Origin: Candidatus Latescibacterota bacterium
GTDB lineage: Bacteria; Latescibacterota; UBA2968
Length of the DNA: 64,000 bases
Direction of reading: 5' to 3'
Assembly (NCBI GenBank): GCA_965205975.1
Contig: OZ242195.1
Coordinates: 4,448,001 to 4,512,000, forward strand
Shown here: positions 8,414 through 17,284 of the stretch, one piece after another
How the letters are laid out: every line of letters starts with the position of its first letter
Position numbering within the stretch: the first letter of the stretch is position 1
Position numbers and translations under genes: made by a program
The notes under the pieces: model-generated
Database searches by the model: none
The model's input: only the letters and a program-made list of their open reading frames with translations
What the model was told of the DNA's origin: nothing

Positions 8414-10690
8414 ATGTTTGGACTTTTGAAGCGGTATATGCACTGGTTGCACACGCGGTGGCCTTCGGGCACGGTGGAGAAGTTGCCCGAGATGAATGAA
8501 GATGGATCAACGGCGGTGCCGGGGCTTTATATTGTGGGGGATTTAACGGGGATTCCGCTGTTGAAGTTTTCGTCGGATACGGGGGCGCGGGCAGTGCAGA
8601 CGATTGCGGATGATGCGGGGTTTGAGAGGCGGACGAATAGGGATGGGGTGCGCGATCTGGTGATTATCGGTGGGGGGGTGTCGGGTATGGCGGCGGGTAT
8701 TGAGGCGAGAAATCGGGGATTGGATTTTGTGCTGTTGGAGGCGTCAGAGCGGTTTTCTACGGTGGTGAATTTTCCAAAGGCGAAGCCGATTTACACGTAT
8801 CCGACGGATATGGTTCCGGCAGGTGATTTGCAGTTTTCAGATCGAGCAGATGTGAAGGAGCGGTTGTTGGATGAGTTGGAGAAGCGGACCGCGGATATCG
8901 AGCCGGTGTTTGCGCGGGCGGAGTGCGTGCAGCGGGAGGGGGATGTGTTGCGGGTGGTGATTCCCGAGGGTGAGGATTTGCTGGCGCACCGGGTGATTGT
9001 GGCGATTGGGCGGTCGGGCAATTTTAGAAAGTTAAATGTGCCGGGTGAAGATCTGGATAAGGTGATGAACCGGTTGCACGATCCCAAGGATTATGCGGAC
9101 CAGGATGTGCTGGTGGTGGGTGGGGGTGATAGTGCGCTGGAGACGGCGATTGCAATTGCCGAGTCCGGTGGGCGGGTGACGCTGTCGTATCGGCGCGCGG
9201 AGTTGAGCCGTCCCAAGCCCGAGAATGTGGAGAAAATTGAGGTGCTTTCGGGTGGGGAACATTTGCGAATGGCGCTGGCGAGTGAGGTGCAGGCGATTGG
9301 TGAGGAAGAGGTGGTGCTTTCGACGGATGAGGGTGATGAGGCGATGCCCAATGATGCGGTGTTTGCGATGATTGGGCGCGAGGCGCCGCTGGATTTTTTC
9401 AGGCGTTCAGGTGTGCCGATTAGAGGGGAATGGCGCCTGGGTACGTGGGTGTCTTTTGCGCTGGTTATGCTGGCGTGTGTGTTTGTGTATCACTGGAAGA
9501 CGGGTGCGGGGATTCCGATTTACGAGTGGTTTAAGGGGGCAGAGCTGTTTCCGTTTAATTTGACGCCTGCAGAGGATAAGTCGGGTCTTTTCGGGACGGT
9601 TTGGACGTCGATGACGCAGCCGGGTTTTTATTATTCGCTGGCTTATTGTGCGTGTGTGGTCGGGTTTGGGATTCGCAGGATTAATCGACGGCAGACGCCT
9701 TATGTGACGGTGCAGACGGTGACGCTGATGGTTATTCAGTGTGTGCCCCTGTTTTTGTTGCCGTACATTTTCTTGCCGTGGCTGGGTCACAATGGGTGGT
9801 TTTCCGATGGTGCTTTTTTAAAGCCTGTAGCGGATGCGTTGTTCCCGGCGACGGAGTGGGATGCACACGGGCGGGAGTACTGGCGGAGTTTGGGTTTTAT
9901 TCTGGCGTGGCCGCTGTTTTTCTGGAATGTGTTTACGAGCCAGCCGCTGGGGTGGTGGTTGGGTATCAGTCTGGTGCAGACTTTTGTGGTGATTCCTCTG
10001 ATTATCTGGCGCTGGGGCAAGGGGGCTTATTGCGGGTGGATTTGTTCGTGCGGGGCACTGGCAGAGACGATGGGGGATATGCACCGGCAGAAGATGCCGC
10101 ACGGGCCTGTTTGGAATCGGATGAATATGGTGGGGCAGGTGATTTTGGTTCTGGCTTTTGTGCTTTTGGCGTTGCGGATTGCGGGCTGGTTGTTGCCTTA
10201 TGATCACTGGGTGAATGCGGGGTATATGGGGTTGTTTATGGGGAAGGATGTGAATTGGGGCGGTCTGGTGTTTCCGCTGACGTTTTTGAATTATCAGTGG
10301 TTTGTGGATTTGTTTTTGGCGGGTATTATTGGGGTGGGTTTTTACTGGCATTTTAGCGGGCGGATGTGGTGCAGGTTTGCGTGTCCCCTCGCTGCGCTGA
10401 TGCATGTTTATGCGCGGTTTTCGCGGTTTCGGATTTTTGCAGATAAGAAGAAGTGTATTTCGTGTAGTGTGTGTACGTCGGTGTGCCATCAGGGTATCGA
10501 TGTGATGAATTTTGCGAATAAGGGTTTGCCTATGGAGGATCCAGAGTGCGTGCGGTGTTCGGCCTGTGTGCAGAGTTGTCCGACGGGTGTGTTGTCGTTT
10601 GGGCAGATCGATCCTGCGACGGGTGGAGTCGCCAGGATAGATGGACTGGCGGCGTCGCGAGTGGTGATGGCAGAGGAGGGTGAAAGGTGA
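8414..10690 (+). CDS. FAD/NAD(P)-dependent thioredoxin-reductase-like oxidoreductase fused to a NapH/MauN-like polytopic membrane 4Fe-4S domain
   Basis: IIGGGVSG and VVGGGDSALE Rossmann motifs; several TMs; YCGWICSCG and WCRFACP; two CxxCxxCxxxC ferredoxin motifs at the C-terminus. Confidence 0.85.
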   Translation: MFGLLKRYMHWLHTRWPSGTVEKLPEMNEDGSTAVPGLYIVGDLTGIPLLKFSSDTGARAVQTIADDAGFERRTNRDGVRDLVIIGGGVSGMAAGIEARNRGLDFVLLEASERFSTVVNFPKAKPIYTYPTDMVPAGDLQFSDRADVKERLLDELEKRTADIEPVFARAECVQREGDVLRVVIPEGEDLLAHRVIVAIGRSGNFRKLNVPGEDLDKVMNRLHDPKDYADQDVLVVGGGDSALETAIAIAESGGRVTLSYRRAELSRPKPENVEKIEVLSGGEHLRMALASEVQAIGEEEVVLSTDEGDEAMPNDAVFAMIGREAPLDFFRRSGVPIRGEWRLGTWVSFALVMLACVFVYHWKTGAGIPIYEWFKGAELFPFNLTPAEDKSGLFGTVWTSMTQPGFYYSLAYCACVVGFGIRRINRRQTPYVTVQTVTLMVIQCVPLFLLPYIFLPWLGHNGWFSDGAFLKPVADALFPATEWDAHGREYWRSLGFILAWPLFFWNVFTSQPLGWWLGISLVQTFVVIPLIIWRWGKGAYCGWICSCGALAETMGDMHRQKMPHGPVWNRMNMVGQVILVLAFVLLALRIAGWLLPYDHWVNAGYMGLFMGKDVNWGGLVFPLTFLNYQWFVDLFLAGIIGVGFYWHFSGRMWCRFACPLAALMHVYARFSRFRIFADKKKCISCSVCTSVCHQGIDVMNFANKGLPMEDPECVRCSACVQSCPTGVLSFGQIDPATGGVARIDGLAASRVVMAEEGER

Positions 10691-10695
10691 AGTAC

Positions 10696-10722
10696 GTAGG
10701 GGCGGTGCCCCCGTGCCCGCCC
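10696..10722 (+). repeat. GTAG-type REP element
   Basis: 27-bp exact inverse copy of 8238-8264, just after the stop codon. Confidence 0.8.
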
Positions 10723-10800
10723 GTTTGTTATTTTGGTTAATATAGAGCCGGGGTTAATTTTAACAGGACTCTGTAGAGAGTTCAATTACAGGAGGGTATA

Positions 10801-11463
10801 ATGTTGAGTGTCATACGTTTGTTGTGTTTGGGGCTGGTGTCGTCGCTTGTGATGGCGGATACGAGTTTTGCCGAGAAGTACCAGATTGACCGATCACATT
10901 CGTCGGTCGGGTTCTCGATTCGGCACTTTGTGAGCCGCACGGCGGGCAGGTTTAATCAGTTTAGCGGCACGATTGATTACGATCCTGCCGCGCCCGAAAA
11001 GACGATGATTGAAACGACGATCCAGGCGCGGAGTGTCGATACGGGGAATCAGCGTCGCGATGATCATTTGCGCGGTGCGGATTTCTTTGAGGTGGAGACT
11101 TATCCGACGATCGCGTTTAAGAGTACGTCGGCTGTGAAGGAAGGGGAAAAGATTCTGGTGACGGGTGATTTGACGATGCACGGCGTGACGAAGAGCATTA
11201 CGATGCCGGTGACGGTGCTCGGCATTGGTACGCATCCGCAGCGCAATACGCCTCTGGCTGGTTTTGAGACCGAGTTGACGCTGTTGTGTTCGGATTTTGG
11301 CGTGAATAGCTGGGCGAATTTTGCCAATGTGCTGGGGGATGAGGTACGCGTGAATATCACGATTGAAGCGGGTCCGCCCAGACAGGCTCGGGGCCAGCAG
11401 GGTCGTCGCGGTGGCGGCGGGCGCGGTGGTCAAGGTGGCCGTGGTGGTGGTCGCGGGAATTGA
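10801..11463 (+). CDS. YceI family secreted protein with a Gly/Arg-rich tail
   Basis: YQIDRSHSSVGFSIRH, GRFNQFSG, RDDHLRGADFF and GDLTMHGVTK. Confidence 0.92.
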   Translation: MLSVIRLLCLGLVSSLVMADTSFAEKYQIDRSHSSVGFSIRHFVSRTAGRFNQFSGTIDYDPAAPEKTMIETTIQARSVDTGNQRRDDHLRGADFFEVETYPTIAFKSTSAVKEGEKILVTGDLTMHGVTKSITMPVTVLGIGTHPQRNTPLAGFETELTLLCSDFGVNSWANFANVLGDEVRVNITIEAGPPRQARGQQGRRGGGGRGGQGGRGGGRGN

Positions 11464-11526
11464 GCAGGAGGGAAATCCTTTGAACTGGCCTGAGAAACGG
11501 CCAGTTGTACCCCGCTCCCCGACTCT

Positions 11527-11559
11527 CGTCATCGCGGCATGCTTAAAGCCGCGATCCAG
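11527..11559 (+). repeat. CGTC-type REP-like element, copy 2
   Basis: CGTCATCGCGGCATGCTTAAAGCCGCGATCCAG. Confidence 0.75.
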
Positions 11560-11580
11560 AAGATTTTGTTTGTAATCGCT

Positions 11581-11620
11581 AAAAAATCCCATCCTGTATT
11601 CAGGGTGGGATTTTTTGTTT
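11581..11620. terminator. Bidirectional intrinsic terminator-like hairpin (copy 1 of a direct repeat)
   Basis: AAAAAATCCCATCCTG-TATT-CAGGGTGGGATTTTTT between convergent genes. Confidence 0.75.
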
Positions 11621-11636
11621 TGTCCATATAGGCGGA

Positions 11637-12029
11637 TCAATCAGTCCCACCTGTATTCTGAGAATATTGCTCGTAAAAATCCCTTACATCGCGTGGTGTA
11701 AAAGGCGACCTGAGAAGTCCATCGCCAATTCTACGCAATAGTTCTTTAGAGGCAGGAGGTTGTTGCTTCCCTTTGGATAAGACAAATTCGACTTGCCATT
11801 CCTGGAGCAGGCAAGCATTATCATAGGCAATGACTGATTTTTTGGTGATAAAATCGTGATCTCCTGGCTGCAGGATAAGTGTTTGATCTTTGTGCTCACG
11901 CCATGATGTGATATTCACGATAACAGCTACTAACTGATTTTTTCCATAGTCTGCATAATCTGTCAAAAATATACATAAATGTTCACCCCCAAAATCAGGG
12001 TGAATAACACACACACCCGCCAGTCCCAT
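11637..12029 (-). CDS. Putative toxin partner of the Panacea antitoxin (possible PemK/MazF-like fold)
   Basis: Starts 2 bp after the Panacea gene stop; HLCIFLT, VIVNITS and LILQPGDHDFITKKSVIAY resemble PemK-like proteins. Confidence 0.6.
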   Translation of the reverse strand: MGLAGVCVIHPDFGGEHLCIFLTDYADYGKNQLVAVIVNITSWREHKDQTLILQPGDHDFITKKSVIAYDNACLLQEWQVEFVLSKGKQQPPASKELLRRIGDGLLRSPFTPRDVRDFYEQYSQNTGGTD

Positions 12030-12031
12030 AT

Positions 12032-12619
12032 TTATCTCGCCATGATGAGGGTTTCAAATTTCGCTTTGTATGCGAGATCTTTCTTAATCTCTGTCAAATC
12101 CTCACCCGCCCAGCCTACAGTTCGAAGGAGTGTTTCCCATTCTATCCGCTCGGATGATCCGCCCGGATCATTATATTCGGGTAAGGCCTGGAAGTAAGCT
12201 GTCAATTCTTCAAAGGTTTTGTGCCCAAATTTATCAAATATCTCGCCGATTAGATTGACCTCAGCGGGGGATAGCTCTCCCGTACCGGGGCCCGGTTTGA
12301 TGAGTCGAATACGATGGTCTATGGAATTTGAAAAAAAATGAGACCAGTAGTTGGGTGTATTACTATGGGAAAGCCTCTTTTTTTTGGGGGGATCAATAAG
12401 ATCATACGTATGGCTGGGCGTAGGACCATACAGAAGATTCTTTGGCGTGTCATAAGTTACTGGGCGTCCCCAAAGTTCCAATGCTTTTCTATCCACGAGA
12501 TAGATCAGCTTGAGAAGTTTATACATGTCAATGCTTTGACCGCCATTATGCTTTATCAACAATGCCGCAACCTGGGCAGCTTTCCGCTCTTTGAATTGAG
12601 GCATCTCTATTGTTGACAT
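12032..12619 (-). CDS. Panacea (DUF4065/SocA-like) antitoxin
   Basis: KAAQVAALL, KLLKLIYLVDR and YGPTPS motifs; AGGAGG RBS before ATG 12619. Confidence 0.85.
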   Translation of the reverse strand: MSTIEMPQFKERKAAQVAALLIKHNGGQSIDMYKLLKLIYLVDRKALELWGRPVTYDTPKNLLYGPTPSHTYDLIDPPKKKRLSHSNTPNYWSHFFSNSIDHRIRLIKPGPGTGELSPAEVNLIGEIFDKFGHKTFEELTAYFQALPEYNDPGGSSERIEWETLLRTVGWAGEDLTEIKKDLAYKAKFETLIMAR

Positions 12620-12700
12620 AAATACCTCCTTATATTTTTTCTTCAAAAAATATAGGGAATTATATACTAAAAAGCGATTGGGAATTTGCTGGTAAAAATA

Positions 12701-12740
12701 AAAAAATCCCATCCTGTCTTCAGGGTGGGATTTTTGTTTG
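12701..12740. terminator. Intrinsic terminator-like hairpin (copy 2 of the direct repeat)
   Basis: AAAAAATCCCATCCTG-TCTT-CAGGGTGGGATTTTT immediately downstream of the ECF operon. Confidence 0.75.
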
Positions 12741-12756
12741 TAGTTTTCCTATTGCT

Positions 12757-14184
12757 TCACATCTCAGTAATTACAACTCTTTTTTTGAATGTGTCGAGGT
12801 CAATTTTTTGGCTGGCGTAGGCGTCAATGTCGCGTTTGGCAACGCGGAAGAGGATGCGGTCGGGAGATTTGATAATCTCAGATGTTTTGTCTTTTTTTGT
12901 ACGCACGATCCGCATGATTTTGTGGTCGCTGTCTTTGAGGAGGTTGGCGTGAACGATAATGGATTCCTCTGGCGATAAGCCGCGCAGAGTGGGCCCGTAG
13001 TCGGCGAGAGTTTCTATGACTGCGGTTTTGAATGCGTCGAGTCCATCACCTTGATCAGAGTCTGGTTTGTACCAATCGTTCCCAAATAGATTACCCTTTT
13101 GCGAGACGAGAAAGAGTGCGCCTATGTCTTTTTGGTAGAAGCCTATGCTTTTGGTGTCATTCAAAAAGTGGAGATCTGTATCCTTTTTGAGGATATTGGT
13201 CAAAATGTCGGCCAGGATGTCGATTCTTTTATCTCGCGAGGGTTGTGGTTCGTGCTCGCGGAAGGTGATTTGATCATAGATGGTTTGTTCGTCAATTTTC
13301 CCTCGGTTGTATGCTTCGATATCGCGTTTGGTGATGGTAGCTTCAAAGAATCTGCCCTTGGGTTTGGCAATTTTGATCGCCACGTTTTTGGAAGTTTCGT
13401 GTCTTTTTTTTACCTCTTCGATCTTTTTTTTGTAAGTTTCCAGTTGTTTTTGGGAGGTTTCGATTTTTTTCTTTAAAGCCTCCATCTGTTTTTTATCAGC
13501 TTCGTCCGTTTTCTTCAAAGCCTCCATCTGTTTTTGGGAGGTTTCGTATGTTTTCTCCAAAGCCTCTGTCTGTTTGTAGGGGTGTAAAGAACCAAAGCCG
13601 TAGCTGTGCTCTGACAAGTGCAAGAGAATGGTTACGCGATCGTCATCTTTGAGTTGTCCAATAGCATTCCCATAAATGCTTAAAAATTCAGTGAGTTGTT
13701 TTTTTATGGCATCATTTTGACTTTGAGAGGTATCTGGTCGTTTTTCGACCATAAAAAATTCAAAGATTTCTTCCTCTTCATTTTCACTGCTTTTGTCGTC
13801 TGTATTCTTCTGTATATGAAGAACTTCAGACTCGTCTAAAAAGTCCCATCGACTCTTAGCATTGCTTCTACTCTGCTGTATTTGCCAAACATCCATGTCG
13901 GATATAGCAATGTCAACGTTTTCGGCACCAGTCGCATGCACTCGGACCTCGTATTTGTGAATCCCGCCGCTGGCAATGAGCAAGACGCCGTGATTTTCAA
14001 TATAAAGACCGGTTGTGGAAACTTTTTTTTCGTCAAAAAATTGGTCGAGTATGCTTTCCTGAATGGAGAGGTCGCGTTTCATGCGTTTCCAGTCTATGTC
14101 GGCGAGGGCTGAAGTGCAAAAGGCAAAGAGAGCTATTCCCGCAAAGAGGCTGGTTTGCGCGATTTTTGTCACGATATGTCTCAT
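12757..14184 (-). CDS. Secreted hypothetical protein with internal coiled-coil repeats (last gene of the ECF operon)
   Basis: Signal peptide (..TSALA/D); 14-aa-period KQMEALKK repeats; N- and C-terminal halves share GxYxxxxGxL and xLxxYGxxxxxL motifs. Confidence 0.7.
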   Translation of the reverse strand: MRHIVTKIAQTSLFAGIALFAFCTSALADIDWKRMKRDLSIQESILDQFFDEKKVSTTGLYIENHGVLLIASGGIHKYEVRVHATGAENVDIAISDMDVWQIQQSRSNAKSRWDFLDESEVLHIQKNTDDKSSENEEEEIFEFFMVEKRPDTSQSQNDAIKKQLTEFLSIYGNAIGQLKDDDRVTILLHLSEHSYGFGSLHPYKQTEALEKTYETSQKQMEALKKTDEADKKQMEALKKKIETSQKQLETYKKKIEEVKKRHETSKNVAIKIAKPKGRFFEATITKRDIEAYNRGKIDEQTIYDQITFREHEPQPSRDKRIDILADILTNILKKDTDLHFLNDTKSIGFYQKDIGALFLVSQKGNLFGNDWYKPDSDQGDGLDAFKTAVIETLADYGPTLRGLSPEESIIVHANLLKDSDHKIMRIVRTKKDKTSEIIKSPDRILFRVAKRDIDAYASQKIDLDTFKKRVVITEM

Positions 14185-14215
14185 GTGATTTTTCCTTTCG
14201 TCCAGGGTATCTACA

Positions 14216-15430
14216 TCAACCATTGGGATCATTTACAACCAGAAATTCAATTTCCCGCTGTTCTTTCTGAATTCGTAAGCCGAGTTGTTCTTTCAGGACT
14301 GCGATCACGGAATTGGGATCGTCTTCGTCATAGGTGAGTTCCCAGTCGTATTTTCCTTCTATTCCGGTACCGTCCTCTACAATACGTTCTAAAACATGTT
14401 CCAATGACTGCGCCAGTCTGCTGATTGCACCGTTCATTGTCTTTATCTTGCCACGTCCACCCCTTGTCATAGATCCCGACGAACTCATTACTGTAGGCTT
14501 CAATTTTTCTGCGCTGTCTTCTTCAGCCGTGAGTACGAAGACTTCAACAGATTTTTTCTGGTTGGAAACGCGCAATTGTAGCGATGCCGTCAATGCTTGT
14601 TGGAATAGCAATTCGAACTGATTGGTCGGCAGTCTGACTGAGATCTCGTACCGCGACTCTAAAAGTGTCTCTGGGCCCAGAATTCGCGTTGTGGGAACGC
14701 CATAAGCCATGCTTAAAATCTGGTGCAATGTCCTGCTCTCTGCTTCCTGCTGTTTGTATCCTTTTGAAATTTTGCTTGAACTACGGCCACCTTCTTTTTC
14801 TGTAGGTGCTATCGATATTTTGAAGATGGGGTCGGTGCCTTCGTTTTCGACAGTTTTCGGTTTTGGCAATTTGGGACGTTCTATTTTTTCTCCCGCGATG
14901 ACCTTTTCGATCATGTCAGATGAGAGCCCTGTCGGGTGGAGTGAGGCGGCGATTATGCCCTCTTGGTTGATCAAAAATGTCCGTGGGATTCCCCTGATAC
15001 CATAAGCTTCAAAGGCTGACCGATCCGTGTCCAGTCCAATCCACGATTTCATTTCTTGTCGTTTTAGAAATGGTGCAATTACGTCTTCGCCTTCATCTGT
15101 TACTGAGATAAACTGGACTTGCTTATCGCGAAATTCCTCGCTTAGCTGGTTCAGATGTGGAATCTCTGCCACGCAGGGGACGCACCAGGTTGCCCAAAAT
15201 TCCAGGACGACAACCTTGCCCTTTAATGCGGATAAGCTCTTTTCACCTTCTGGTGCTTGCAGGTATTTTTCAATGTTCAATTCTGGCGCAGTCTGTCCAA
15301 TGAGGCTCTGCGTTCCCATTACATTCATAACCAACACTTTGGCCTGCTCAGCTGTGCTTTCCTGTGCTATCACACTTGTAGCAAATACATGGACGATGAT
15401 TGCGATTTTCAGTAGATGGGAGTTATGCAT
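14216..15430 (-). CDS. TlpA-like redoxin fused to a TIGR03435/DUF3738-like domain
   Basis: Signal peptide; KGKVVVLEFWATWCVPC; C-terminal LSMAYGV, VEDGTGIEGKYDWEL and LKEQLGLRI. Confidence 0.8.
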   Translation of the reverse strand: MHNSHLLKIAIIVHVFATSVIAQESTAEQAKVLVMNVMGTQSLIGQTAPELNIEKYLQAPEGEKSLSALKGKVVVLEFWATWCVPCVAEIPHLNQLSEEFRDKQVQFISVTDEGEDVIAPFLKRQEMKSWIGLDTDRSAFEAYGIRGIPRTFLINQEGIIAASLHPTGLSSDMIEKVIAGEKIERPKLPKPKTVENEGTDPIFKISIAPTEKEGGRSSSKISKGYKQQEAESRTLHQILSMAYGVPTTRILGPETLLESRYEISVRLPTNQFELLFQQALTASLQLRVSNQKKSVEVFVLTAEEDSAEKLKPTVMSSSGSMTRGGRGKIKTMNGAISRLAQSLEHVLERIVEDGTGIEGKYDWELTYDEDDPNSVIAVLKEQLGLRIQKEQREIEFLVVNDPNG

Positions 15431-15444
15431 TGGAATTTCTCCTT

Positions 15445-15801
15445 TTAGTGTTGTACATGCGTGGGATGGGGCGAGATAAATATATAATTGATGTTGTCAT
15501 TGGGTCTTAAAAGCAGGTCATCTGTGGTGTAGATGGCTTTGTCAGCCGGGCGGAGAAGCAGGTCGCGGGCGTTGGGGTTATGGCGTTCTGAGATAAGAAT
15601 TCTCACGCGCACGGAATCGGAGATTATTTTGGCTATGGAATCGAGTTGTGTCGTATGGGGTATTGATATTGTATCGGGTTGCGCGATCTTTATCCGTGTG
15701 TCCGATGGTAGCGTTTTGTCAGATGCGTGAATATTCCAGACGAGGAATAGCAAGATCGGTGCTGTCATCAGTGCTGTGAGTTTTCCGATTTCGCGCTTCA
15801 T
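15445..15801 (-). CDS. Small exported hypothetical protein
   Basis: ATGA overlap with the anti-sigma gene; N-terminal hydrophobic segment; DLLLRP occurs twice. Confidence 0.55.
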   Translation of the reverse strand: MKREIGKLTALMTAPILLFLVWNIHASDKTLPSDTRIKIAQPDTISIPHTTQLDSIAKIISDSVRVRILISERHNPNARDLLLRPADKAIYTTDDLLLRPNDNINYIFISPHPTHVQH

Positions 15802-16553
15802 GGGGTTTTTCTTCCTGTGGGTATCGTGCGGTATGGTCGGTTATCTTCAGGTACGATGAGAACTTCAACTCCGCCATCATAGACGGTGTTTTTAACAGAG
15901 TCCATTTGTGTCAGGATACGGTCGTAGCGGGTTTCCTGTGTGTTGTAGAGGATCTGTAGCCCGCGGTCAATGCGCAGGAGGTCCTGTTGGCGCTGGGTTT
16001 CGAGTTCGCTTACGAGACGAATGAAGGTGTTGTTGACTTCATTGCGCTGTTGGTTTTGCGATTCTTGGACGAGGCGATTGGTGTAGTCGATCAAGTTTTG
16101 TTGATGGATGATAAATTCGCCGAGGGTGATGGGGGCGTCTAATGGGGGGACTTCAGTGGTGTTGGCTGTGGCGGTTTGTTCAATCGGATCGCTGGATCGC
16201 AGGCTAATAGAGGTGTGGAATGCGCCGTCTCGTATGGCAAATTCGATGTTGAGAAAGGTGAAGATGAGGATTGCGGCAATGGCTGAGCCCGCAGCTATCC
16301 AGGTTTTGGGGTATCGCTTGGGGAGCAGGTTTTGCCAGAGGGTTTGGCGCTCCTGTACGAAGACGAGGTCCAGGTTGGGTTTTTCGTCGCCCCAGGCATT
16401 GAGGATGCGGGATGTGCTGCCCAGTTCTTCAAGGGTTTGGCTGCATGACGGGTAGGTTTCGATGTGAACTTTGAGGCGTTCACGCTCGTTTGGACGGATG
16501 TCTTCGTCGTAGAGGTAGGCGACTATTTGTTCTCGGGTGATGTCACAGTTCAT
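15798..16553 (-). CDS. Transmembrane anti-sigma factor with a degenerate zf-HC2 (ZAS) motif
   Basis: MNC...YLYDE...HIETYPSC, single TM, overlapping the ECF sigma stop. Confidence 0.8.
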   Translation of the reverse strand: MNCDITREQIVAYLYDEDIRPNERERLKVHIETYPSCSQTLEELGSTSRILNAWGDEKPNLDLVFVQERQTLWQNLLPKRYPKTWIAAGSAIAAILIFTFLNIEFAIRDGAFHTSISLRSSDPIEQTATANTTEVPPLDAPITLGEFIIHQQNLIDYTNRLVQESQNQQRNEVNNTFIRLVSELETQRQQDLLRIDRGLQILYNTQETRYDRILTQMDSVKNTVYDGGVEVLIVPEDNRPYRTIPTGRKTP

Positions 16554-17142
16554 AACGCACCATGTCCTCGCTGATGTGCCAGCGATCAAAGATTTTTTTG
16601 AGGGCAGAGAGGCCGTAATACATTCTGGATTTGACGGTGTTGATGGGCACTTTGAGTGTTTCGGAAATTTCGGTGAACTTTAGTCCTTGATATTCTTTCA
16701 TGATGATGACGACGCGCTGTTCTTCGGGCAAGTTTTGCAGTGCGCGATTGAGCAGGTCCCGAACGCTTTGTTCGTGTATGAGCGCGTCTGGGGGATTTGT
16801 TGTGTCTGCTATAGGGGTGTCGAGTGTGTCGAGGGAGACGAGGCTGCGACGACGGCCAGCGTCTCGGCAGGCGTTGAGTGCGATTTGATAGATCCACGAG
16901 GTGAATTTGTCGGGGTCGCGCAGACGCCGCAGGCTTTTGTACGCGCGGATAAAGGTTTGTTGGCACAGGTCGCGCGCGTCGTCTCTATTGCCCGCATAGC
17001 GCAGGACAAAGTTGTAGATCGGGCACTCCCAGCGTTTGACCAGGGTGTTAAAGGCCGCGATTTGCCCGGCCCGGAACTGGGCAATTAATTCCGCATCGTT
17101 CATTAATGAGAGACCGTGTTGGGGTTCTGTGTGTTGGTTCAC
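16543..17142 (-). CDS. ECF-family RNA polymerase sigma factor
   Basis: DARDLCQQTFIRAY, FTSWIYQIALN, LPEEQRVVI and PINTVKSRM. Confidence 0.95.
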   Translation of the reverse strand: MNQHTEPQHGLSLMNDAELIAQFRAGQIAAFNTLVKRWECPIYNFVLRYAGNRDDARDLCQQTFIRAYKSLRRLRDPDKFTSWIYQIALNACRDAGRRRSLVSLDTLDTPIADTTNPPDALIHEQSVRDLLNRALQNLPEEQRVVIIMKEYQGLKFTEISETLKVPINTVKSRMYYGLSALKKIFDRWHISEDMVRYEL

Positions 17143-17147
17143 CTTTC

Positions 17148-17176
17148 AAGACGTTTGGTTGGGGCGAAAAGTTTTA
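17148..17176 (-). promoter_or_regulatory. Putative ECF-type autoregulatory promoter (TAAAAC-N17-CGTCTT)
   Basis: AAC/CGT bipartite motif 5 nt upstream of the GTG at 17142. Confidence 0.6.
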
Positions 17177-17284
17177 ATGATCGTTAAAATTTTTCATATT
17201 TTGAAGAAAGTGTTGTAGGGGACGGTCCCCGTATAGGCATGTGCCGTAATGATTCTATACGGTAGTCACTACGGGACAGGCTCC

